Origin: Lingula anatina
Taxonomy: Eukaryota; Animalia; Brachiopoda
Length of the DNA stretch: 64,000 nucleotides
Reading direction: 5' to 3'
NCBI GenBank assembly: GCA_051362555.1
Contig: CM120649.1
Span: forward strand, 11,160,001-11,224,000
In this document: positions 53,751-64,000 of the stretch, in pieces
How the letters are laid out: each line of letters begins with the position of its first letter
Position numbering within the stretch: the stretch's first letter is position 1
Program-made: the position numbers and the translations under genes
Notes under the pieces: generated by a model
Seen by the model: only the letters and a program-made list of their open reading frames with translations
Told to the model about the DNA's origin: nothing
Database searches by the model: none

Positions 53751-54805
53751 CCAATTTTCTTGTACCTAGCAATGACCTACATGGTTACCCATGTATGAAA
53801 ATGGCAGTCTGCCGGATTTCCAGTGGTGGGTGTGGTCAGGGGGGTCCAAAACATAGACCCCTCAAATCCAGTTAGCAGGACTTTTTAGGGGAACCCTTAG
53901 AAACCTATTGGGGGTCTTTCAGCATGGTCTCAGGTATATTAAATCTATAGATACCAGTTGACAGACAAATTGAATGGTGGGATGTGGCCGGCAGACCCTG
54001 ATTAATACACAAATCACCTGGGTGTGACATTTGGGTGTGTCTGCCAGGCAGTACCCACCACTTAAATTGTCTGTCAATGGTCATTCTAGCATCCTGGAAC
54101 TCTAAGGCTGTATTCCCAGAGCTTTTAGATCGATCTATCCCCGCGGGAAGTCTCACTAGATTACTGTCAGATAATCCGGCTTAAATGTCCATCCCGCCTA
54201 CTACAAGCTGTAAGGGGGTAATTAACTTTCATGTCCGCCCGGCTGACAGCTATTTAGCGTGAACCCCCAGGGAGTTAGGTCGATCTAAAGTAGATCGATC
54301 TAATCTCTGGAAATGGGGTCTAAGAAACATTTTCCAGTTATTTGTTTTCGAGTTAACTTTTGGGGAATGCTAGAGGTACATTAGGCATGCTAGCTGTACA
54401 TTAATGGTGTGGCTCTTTGGGTGTGTCTGCTGGGCACTACCCACCACTTAAATTGTCTGTCGATGGTCATTCATCTTTCTTGGGACTCTAAGGAACATTT
54501 TCCAGTTGTTTTTGTAGGGTTAACTTTTAGGTCCTGCTAGCCGGATTTCCACCCCCTATAAATCAGGGTCTGCCGGCCACACCCCACCACTCAATTTGTC
54601 TGTCAGTATCTATTTGATATACCTGAGACCATGCTGAAAGACCCCCAATAGGTTTCTAAGGGTTCCCCTAAAAAGTTCTGCTAGCTGGATTTGAGGGGTC
54701 TATGTTTTGGACCCCCCTGACCACACCCACCACTGGAAATCCGGCAGACTGCCATTTTCATATATAGGTAACCATGTAGGTCATTGCTAGGTACAAGAAA
54801 ATTGG
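53751..54805. mobile_element. Foldback element with ~190-bp near-perfect inverted arms
   Basis: 53751-53940 is the reverse complement of ~54615-54805; internal degenerate repeats of cccaccacttaaattgtctgtc; hosts a nested MITE. Confidence 0.85.
54106..54320. mobile_element. PIF/Harbinger (Tourist-like) MITE, copy 2, nested in the foldback element
   Basis: TAA TSD; the empty site is visible in the sister repeat at ~54484 (actctaaggaacattttccagtt). Confidence 0.85.
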
Positions 54806-55293
54806 TGATCTTTCCGGGCATGCTCAACCGTCTGGGATCCTGCTCTATATCTGACCTGACACTTCAACATACTAGTGACTACCTGTTTTGCAAAGGGCGA
54901 TCTCTGGTGATTGACCTAACTTAAAGCAAATTTTACACAAATGGCATGCAGTAGCACATAATTACAATGTATATAGCTGGAATAGAAAAAAAGGTCAAGA
55001 CTTCATAACATTTTGTGCAATGTTGTTGATAGACAGACAAACCTATTACCATGAAAACATAACCTCCTTAATGGAGTTAGATATAAATCTCTACACAGCT
55101 TGTCATCTGGTCTTCTCTTTAATGTCACATGATGTCAGGCAAATTGCCTTTAAAAAGTGATATTCACTGTTGATGCTTTTGCAGATTACACAGTTTGGGG
55201 AGCTGCACCATACAGAATTGTATATAGTTCATGGAAGCAATACACCATATGTGTGGCTCATTTATTAGAGGATCAATGTGACATACAAACATA

Positions 55294-56960
55294 ATGGAGA
55301 ACATCGAGTATCATCGTTTGGCCGCCAGTGAGGATGATGGTTCTGTACCAAAAGAGACCAAGATTAGGTGGGTTTGACCTGTGACTTTCATACAAGTTTC
55401 TTTGTGTTGAGTACAATGCAATTGGTGATTGGTGAGTGTTCACTCTGCCTTTTTGCATGTCTGACGTTGATTATTATTTGATTTTTAGTGCATTGCTTAT
55501 ATATACCATTTATCATGATTACTATAATTTCTATAATTTACAGCCACAGTAGCATAATTACACATTGTGATAATCTAAGTCTGTCTTACTTACCAGAGCT
55601 TTTGCTATGCGCTTTTCTTATTACCTAAATAATTGGGAAGCAATGGTGCTGTTTTACTTCAGACTCACCACTGAGGGATAACTCCTTATTCTAATGTGAC
55701 AGTCAAACTCAAAACTGGACAGAGTTTTTTTTTATACTGGGGGGTAGTTTTGATTTTTCTTTTTTCCCAGTGAATATCTCAGTCTAGTCTGTCACTGCTT
55801 TAAAGCTTGCATATTGCTATAATTTTATTTTTAGTCTTCATAGATAAGTGCTGTCTGTATGTATAACAGCTTTAGGTGGCTTTTTATAATTAATGTGTTA
55901 TTTATTCCAATACCAGTACATTTTAAAAATAACTATAACCCAAGATAGATTATATACATGCACATCGCATTTAATATAATTACAAGAAAGATGCAATGAT
56001 ATTCTGCAACTTTATGTAGTCCATGGATTGGCAGAAAAAGTAAATGGAAAAAGTGCTTACGGAAAATAAGGTAAGAGTGTATGATGCAAAGTTAACATTA
56101 TTTCACCACTAATTAATCCATCATTTTTAACCAATTGGTAGATGTTTAACAAGTCCATCAGATCACAATTTACTTTGATCTCTGCTGTTTATCGTCTTCA
56201 GTTTTCACATCAAATAATCTTGTCAACACTTCTCTGCTTGTTGACTTTGTTTTTCCCTCTGTGTTCACGGATTTGGCTGCACATGACGGGCCTTGCACCA
56301 CCTGTGTTACCTGTGTATTCTGTGGAATCCCAGGATTGACATAGGGCTGATATCCACATTTAATTAACTTTTTCCTTCTGGATACTGCAGAGGTCCCTCT
56401 TGAGCTGTCTTCCTTTATTTTTTTTGTGACCAGTTAAATTTTTTTGTTTTTCTGAGAATACTGCTGGTTTAAGTTTACAATTTGCACAGCTGCTTTTGCT
56501 AAGGGGCTGGTTTCATCTTATGTGTTTAAATTTATCCTTGTGTCTTTCATTGTTTTGGTAGAGTAGTTTATTTGTTGTTTTTGTTTATTTGAGTGTATTG
56601 TTACAGTGGTATTTCTTTTCTTTCTTTGTTTGTTATTTAATTATGTATTTAAATTTGAACATGTTTTAGAGTTTCGTCTGAAAATAATTTATCACAGCTA
56701 TTTTGTGATCCCAGTTCTTGTGACTGTTCTATTCTTGTTGAGTTGTAGAATAAGTATCCTTGCTGTGTTGTAGTATCACAAACAAAAGCAATTGAAATGA
56801 ATTTTAAAGAATGAGTAGTATTATCTTGTCATTTCAACTTCACGATTTTGATAATTCTCTACATGAGGAGCCAAGTCACGAAAGAGAACAATGATTAATT
56901 ATTTATACAGGGACATATTATTCTCCCTGATGTTGTTTCACCCAAAGGCTCATCTGGGGC

Positions 56961-57010
<50 letters not shown>

Positions 57011-57269
57011 CACTCTATATAAAATCAAGGATACGAATAAATTAGACTTATCTCTCCATTTTATTTAAAAAATGCCCTTTGGCCGTTTCGTATTTTGTTT
57101 TGTTTCCGCCCCTGACGAGGCCTCAGGGCCGAAACGGCCAAAGGGCATTTTTAAATAAAATGGAGAGATAAGTCTTATTTATTCGTATCCTTGATTTTAT
57201 ATACTAGCTCCCCACGGGCCGCCCCCATGGGTGGAGCACTTTTTCATGGTGTATTGACTTTATTCTCCG

Positions 57270-57356
<87 letters not shown>

Positions 57357-60300
57357 AAATCAAAGTTTCAAATTTCATGATAAGTGTCTTCAGGCAAAAC
57401 GGGTGTTACGGGAAATAAAGATTTTCTTATTCTATTATTATTATATGGTATATATATTTTTATTTAATTAATTGAATGCATCTTTAAAGTCTAAATACCA
57501 GTACACTCATAATTTGATGTGACTAGGTCAAGATTAAAATCACTGTTACGTCAGCACTGCCCCCTCCCCCCCCCCCCCCCACCCCACCCAATACCCACTG
57601 CCAGTTAAACTGAAGCCAGACCAGTTTGCAAATTTTGTGAATATTTTCAGCCACTGGCCTTGTATTTGCTTTGGACTAGTTGATTTCTATCATTGGTGGC
57701 CACAGGCTGAAATCTCAGTAGACTTTTAAGTTAAAATCTGTACAGACTGATCTCTCTAATGAGTGATCTCACCATAAGAGGCTAGGATGGTCCTGGTAAG
57801 GAAATGCGCAAACAAAAATACTTACATTTTGCATGTTAAATTTTGGTATGGTGGAATATTAAAATTTAGGTATATTAACTAAAATACAATCATAATTTTT
57901 TTTCTTATTTCCTTTTTAGCTATTACAGAAGGAGTAAGCTGAATTCTTTCATGACATTGCTGTGTGTGGTCACTTTCTGCTGTTGCTGTCTTGTTGCTCT
58001 TGTCTTGGCCATCGTCTTCAGTGGAAAGTCCAAGAGTGCTACCTATGATGAGACACCATGGTTCCGGCCACAATATCACTACACCCCAAAGAAAAACTGG
58101 ATGAATGACCCAAATGGACTGATTTATCACAATGGGGAATATGAGCTGTACTTTCAGTACAATCCTTATGGTAATTGAAGATTATTGATATCCTTCTCAT
58201 TTAAGATTTTTTATTGTATTTCGTGTTTTTGAAGATAATAACTTTTCATATGATTAAAGATCATTGTATTTCATGCAGTTATAAACACTTATATACACAC
58301 TCACACACACACACACACACACACATTATGCTGTGAATACATATTTAGTGCAATGCAAAAAGAAGCCTATCATTTATTTGTGGAGCAAAGGAAGGGGAAA
58401 AAGTCATTGGACCCCCACACACACACACACACACACACCACACAAACATCTCTACCAGCAGATTCCCAGATATTTAATATCATAAATACACAGCTTGTAA
58501 TTTCAGGTATAACCTCCACATGAGTTTATCCATATTGCTTTAGCAGTATACACTCATTTTTCTTATAATGTCTCAATAACAGAGAACCCATGTTGCTGTA
58601 TTGTTTCACACTGGCATTGTCCTAGAACACTAGTCAACTTTATAAAATGGTTAACATATATATTCAAATTTTATGAATTTTTAAAAATTTTACACCTTTA
58701 TTTGTAATAAAAGGAAGTCACTGGAGTCACATGAGTTGGGGTCATGCTAAGAGTAAAGACATGGTTTGTTATTCTAGGTAGTCACTGGGGTCACATGAGT
58801 TGGGGTCATGCTAAGAGTAAAGACATGGTTTGTTATTCTAGGTAGTCACTGGGGTCACATGAGTTGGGGTCATGCTAAGAGTAAAGACATGGTTTGTTAT
58901 TCTAGGTAGTCACTGGGGTCACGTGAGTTGGGGTCATGCTAAGAGTAAAAACATGGTTTGTTATTCTAGGTAGTCACTGGGGTCATATGAGTTGGGGCCA
59001 TGCTAAGAGTAAAGACATGGTTTGTTATTCTAGGTAGTCACTGGGGTCACATGAGTTGGGGCCATGCTAAGAGTAAAGACATGGTTTGTTATTCTAGGTA
59101 GTCACTGGGGTCACATGAGTTGAAGCCATGCTAAGAGTAAAGACATGGTTTGTTATTCTAGGTAGTCACTGGGGTCACATGAGTTGGGGTCATGCTAAGA
59201 GTAAAGACATGGTTTGTTATTCTAGGTAGTCACTGGGGTCACATGAGTTGGGGTCATGCTAAGAGTAAAGACATGGTTTGTTATTCTAGGTAGTCACTGG
59301 GGTCACATGAGTTGGGGTCATGCTAAGAGTAAAGACATGGTTTGTTATTCTAGGTATATATAGTCACTGGGGTCACATGAGTTGGGGTCATGCTAAGAGT
59401 AAAGACATGGTTTGTTATTCTAGGTAGTCACTGGGGTCACATGACTTGAAGCCATGCTAAGAGTAAAGACATGGTTTGTTATTCTAGGTAGTCACTGGGG
59501 TCACATGAGTTGGGGTCATGCTAAGAGTAAAGACATGGTTTGTTATTCTAGGTAGTCACTGGGGTCACATGAGTTTGGGTCATGCTAAGAGAAAACACAT
59601 GGTTTGTTATTCTAGGTAGTCACTGGGGTCACATGAGTTGGGGCCATGCTAAGAGTAAAGACATGGTTTGTTATTCTAGGTAGTCACTGGGGTCACATGA
59701 GTTGAAGCCATGCTAAGAGTAAAGACATGGTTTGTTATTCTAGGTAGTCACTGGGGTCACATGAGTTGGGGTCATGCTAAGAGTAAAGACATGGTTTGTT
59801 ATTCTAGGTAGTCACTGGGGTTACATGAGTTGGGGCCATGCTTAGAGTAAAGACATGGTTTGTTATTCTAGGTAGTCACTGGGGTCACATGAGTTGGGGC
59901 CATGCTAAGAGTAAAGACATGGCTTGTTATTCAAGGTAGTCACTGGGGTCACATGAGTTGGGGTAATGCTTAGAGTAAAGACATGGCTTGTTATTCTAGG
60001 TAGTCACTGGGGTCACATGAGTTGGGGTCATGCTAAGAGTAAAGACATGGTTTGCTTTTCTAGGTAGTCACTGGGGTAACATGAGTTGGGGCCATGCTAA
60101 GAGTAAAAACATGGTTTGTTATTCTAGGTAGTCACTGGGGTCACATGAGTTGAAGCCATGCTAAGAGTAAAGGCATGGTTTGCTTTTCTAGGTAGTCACT
60201 GGGGTCACATGAGTTGGGGCCATGCTATGAGTAAAAACATGGTTTGTTATTCTAGGTAGTCACTGGGGTCACATGAGTTGAAGCCATGCTAAGAGTAAAG

Positions 60301-62035
60301 ACATGGTTTGTTATTCTAGGTAGTCACTGGGGTCACATGAGTTGGGGTAATGCTTAGAGTAAAGACATGGCTTGTTATTCTAGGTAGTCACTGGGGTCAC
60401 ATGAGTTGGGGTCATGCTAAGAGTAAAGACATGGTTTGCTTTTCTAGGTAGTCACTAGGGTAACATGAGTTGGGGCCATGCTAAGAGTAAAAACATGGTT
60501 TGTTATTCTAGGTAGTCACTGGGGTCACATGAGTTGAAGCCATGCTAAGAGTAAAGGCATGGTTTGCTTTTCTAGGTAGTCACTGGGGTCACATGAGTTG
60601 GGGCCATGCTATGAGTAAAAACATGGTTTGTTATTCTAGGTAGTCACTGGGGTCACATGAGTTGAAGCCATGCTAAGAGTAAAGACATGGTTTGTTATTC
60701 TAGGTAGTCACTGGGGTCACATGAGTTGGGGTCATGCTAAGAGTAAAGACATGGTTTGTTATTCTAGGTAGTCACTGGGGTCACATGACTTGAAGCCATG
60801 CTAAGAGTAAAGACAATGTTTGTTATTCTAGGTAGTCACTGGGGTCACATGAGTTGGGGTAATGCTTAGAGTAAAGACATGGCTTGTTATTCTAGGTAGT
60901 CACTGGGGTCACATGAGTTGGGGTCATGCTAAGAGTAAAGACATGGTTTGCTTTTCTAGGTAGTCACTGGGGTAACATGAGTTGGGGCCATGCTAAGAGT
61001 AAAAACATGGTTTGTTATTCTAGGTAGTCACTGGGGTCACATGAGTTGAAGCCATGCTAAGAGTAAAGGCATGGTTTGCTTTTCTAGGTAGTCACTGGGG
61101 TCACATGAGTTGGGGCCATGCTATGAGTAAAAACATGGTTTGTTATTCTAGGTAGTCACTGGGGTCACATGAGTTGAAGCCATGCTAAGAGTAAAGACAT
61201 GGTTTGTTATTCTAGGTAGTCACTGGGGTCACATGAGTTGGGGTCATGCTAAGAGTAAAGACATGGTTTGTTATTCTAGGTAGTCACTGGGGTCACATGA
61301 GTTGGGGCCATGCTAAGAGTAAAGACATGGTTTGTTATTCTAGGTAGTCACTGGGGTCACATGAGTTGGGGTCATGCTAAGAATAAAGACATGGTTTGTT
61401 ATTCCTAGGTAGTCACTGGGGTCACATGAGTTGGGGTCATGCTAAGAGTAAAGACATGGTTTGTTATTCTAGGTAGTCACTGGGGTCACATGACTTGAAG
61501 CCATGCTAAGAGTAAAGACATGGTTTGTTATTCTAGGTAGTCACTGGGGTCACATGAGTTGGGGTCATGCTAAGAGTAAAGACATGGTTTGTTATTCTAG
61601 GTAGTCACTGGGGTCACATGAGTTTGGGTCATGCTAAGAGAAAACACATGGTTTGTTATTCTAGGTAGTCACTGGGGTCACATGAGTTGGGGTCATGCTA
61701 AGAGTAAAGACATGGTTTGTTATTCTAGGTAGTCACTGGGGTCACGTGAGTTGGGGTCATGCTAAGAGTAAAGACATGGTTTGTTATTCTAGGTAGTCAC
61801 TGGGGTCACATGAGTTGGGGCCATGCTAAGAGTAAAGACATGGTGCACTGGGAACAGCAGCCAGTGGCGCTGATGGAGGCAGACGGAGTCATGATCTTTT
61901 CTGGCAGCGCCGTTGTTGACACAAACAATACTTCTGGGTTTGGAAACAAAACACATCCACCTCTTGTAGCCTTGTATACCGGATTTGTAGAGTAAGTTTT
62001 TTTCTTTTCCTTTTTTCTTTTCTTTCTTTCCTCTT

Positions 62036-62066
<31 letters not shown>

Positions 62067-63606
62067 AAGACACCCCTTTATTTGTATTCTGGATTGGTAA
62101 AGGTACAAGTTGGACCAGTTTCCAGGCTAAAATTTGATTGTGAAACAAGCTCTGCTAGCTTACAAAGCTTTATTATTTCCTGTACCCTTTACCCTTCCAC
62201 TTGTTCTCATTTTAACTCTTATTTTTTATTTGTCATTTTATAATTATTTTAAAATGGATCATTTTATTTTCACATCAGACATTCATCTTTGAATAGTTTA
62301 TGTATCAATTTTAAGAGCTCAGACAGAAACCAATTTCTGATGTATTTTTTATGGTGTAATTCTTTGATTTTTTAAATGGGAAAATGTAATAATCCTGACA
62401 GAAAATCCATTTTGATCAATTATATCGAAATACAACATTGTCCAGTGACCTCACATCAAATAGATGAAGTAAAAATCCAAGTTTCTTGGATGTGTTAAAC
62501 CTAGGGTACATTTACCAAGCAGTGTTTGTACAGTGCAAGTATACGGCCCATAAATATAAGCTTCATAAATTAGTGTGATTATTATCACAGGTCAGATAAA
62601 ATCCAAGATCAGCGAGTAGCTTACAGCAATGACAATGGCATGAGTTGGGTCAACTATGAAAATAACCCAGTTTTAGACCGCCACAGTGAGAATTTTAGGG
62701 ATCCAAAGGCAAGTATGTGTACATACATAGGTATAGGTGTGTGTGTGTGTGTGTGTGTGTAGAGGATGTGCATTTTCTGCACATGCATTCATGGGTGTGT
62801 AAATGTGCAAGTATACATTTGTGTGTTTATGTGTGTAAAGTTGTTATCTAGTTTGCATTTTCTCAAAAGATTGATTACCATTCATCATATATCTTGATAT
62901 ATGATGAATGGTAATCATATATCTTGATATATAAAATGCACATGCAATTAGTTTAACATGATATCTTTGTATGCAGGGCCTTTCTCACGAAAATGTGAAT
63001 TTCATTTGCTAAGCTTAGAAAGCTAAAATCAAAGAGGCAACTATGCAAAGTCAGCTTTGCAGTATTGGTCTGAAGGTTTACAAAAATGATTGACCAGCAG
63101 TAAATGAATTGGACATTCATCAACAGACTTTTATCACCTTTGACAATAAAAAAATAAAAAAATAAAAAAATAAAAATCTTAGTCAAGGCAATCAAAATTT
63201 GCTCAAGGGGCTTTGTTAAGAGGCCAACAAAGAAAAAGGTCATTTGCCTTTTTGATTCTTTATGAAAGTGCAACTTAGTTGACTACTTCTTACCAGACTA
63301 CAATTATAGCTAAAAAACTGACTTAAGAACTTTTGTTAAACAGGGTGCTGGTATAAACGTGCTAATAATCGAACAAAACTAATACCTCTTTTTTTTTCCT
63401 TCACCAGGTGTTTTGGCACCCTCCCACTAAATCATGGTGCATGTTAGCTGTTCTGGCCCAGAAACACACCATCCTTTTTTACACCTCAGTAAACCTGATA
63501 GATTGGACCCTGACGTCAGAGTTCATCCCATCTCCCAGCACTGGCGTCAGCATTGAGGGAAACTGGGAATGTCCTGATGTGTTCCCGCTGAAGGTGATAG
63601 GGGCAG
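55294..63606 (+). CDS. Glycoside hydrolase family 32 (levanase/exo-inulinase/beta-fructofuranosidase-like), type II membrane-anchored, 3'-incomplete
   Basis: Exons 55294-55367 and 56020-56070 (inferred from phase-2 continuity), 57920-58170 (TM; [18 protein letters not shown]), 61793-61991 ([13 protein letters not shown]; [16 protein letters not shown]), 62591-62708 (AYSNDNG..FRDPK, GC donor), 63408-63606 (WECPD). All three catalytic motifs (NDPNG, RDP, EC) are intact. Confidence 0.93.
56965..57341 (+). mobile_element. Penelope-like element end with inverted duplication, inserted in (TA)n
   Basis: ~75-bp inverted arms 57016-57090 / 57130-57203 bracketing a hammerhead core; (TA)n tracts on both sides. 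Confidence 0.6.
57107..57146 (+). ncRNA. Minimal type I hammerhead-ribozyme-like motif
   Basis: gccc-CTGACGA-GGCC-TCAG-GGCC-GAAAC-GGCC-aaagggc: intact CUGANGA and GAAA boxes and a 4-bp stem II; the cleavage triplet is atypical (GCC). Confidence 0.55.
58713..61843 (+). repeat. 64-bp minisatellite (~48 copies plus the functional one) built from the splice acceptor and first 50 nt of a GH32 exon
   Basis: Unit GTAGTCACTGGGGTCACATGAGTTGGGGTCATGCTAAGAGTAAAGACATG-gtttgttattctag, period 64 (58777, 58841...); the last unit runs into GTGCACTGG (VHW) of the coding exon. Confidence 0.97.
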
Positions 63607-64000
63607 GTAAGGAGGTATTTAGAACAGTTATTATGATGAGGTTGGGGGGGGGGGGGGGGGAGAGGGGAGGTGCACAGTGGGAAAGGGCCCCTCCCTCAGC
63701 TCTGGGGTATCCACCCTCCTACTCTCCCTCTTCTCACATCTAAAAATGCACCAAATGAAGCAAAACAAGACTTTTTTAGATTAAAATCTATTTAGCGATT
63801 TTAGTTGTATGCAATTTGAAATAATTTTAAAGCATGGTTTGGATCAAATAATACCTCAAATGATTAATTTTTTTCCTTCTATTATAAATACAGGTATATT
63901 AATATATATATAATTTTATTTAACAATCATGTTATTATACTGTTGTTAACTTTTTTGTTGAATGTATTTTTCCTAATGTTTTTTCTGCTTTACTTAGTTT

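Noticed and set aside
58713-61792. Dscam-style array of mutually exclusive coding exons
   Set aside because: Units are near-identical, many contain stops, the 14-nt gaps are too short to be introns, and no AG precedes GTGCAC to accept a 50-nt alternative exon
58713-61843. CRISPR-like array
   Set aside because: Head-to-tail units with no unique spacers, no cas genes, eukaryotic context; the unit is a copy of the host exon junction
55294-63606. Bacterial contamination explaining the GH32
   Set aside because: The gene has multiple spliceosomal introns with host microsatellites and transposons and is contiguous with FIS1

Overview
AT-rich, intron-rich animal genomic DNA, most likely a lophotrochozoan invertebrate such as a mollusc (inference). 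Hand-splicing gives five genes. (1) An anosmin-1/KAL1 orthologue (+, 5' exon not located) with an Ig I-set domain between FN3-3 and FN3-4 and a GPI-like tail. (2,3) Two tandem paralogues of a selectin/furrowed-like receptor (signal peptide, C-type lectin, ~12 CCP, TM). They arose from a segmental duplication that also left a decayed copy of the anosmin 3' half between them. (4) FIS1 (-, complete). (5) Head-to-head with FIS1, an intron-containing GH32 levanase/beta-fructofuranosidase-like gene (+, runs off the window) with a type II membrane anchor and an N-terminal YxxL motif. One GH32 intron is mostly a 3.1-kb array of ~48 copies of a 64-bp unit made of the next exon's splice acceptor plus its first 50 nt; only the last copy continues into the enzyme ORF. 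Also present: several DNA-transposon MITEs, a foldback element, an LTR-like remnant and Penelope-type minimal hammerhead-ribozyme motifs. Exon boundaries were read by eye and lack transcript support.
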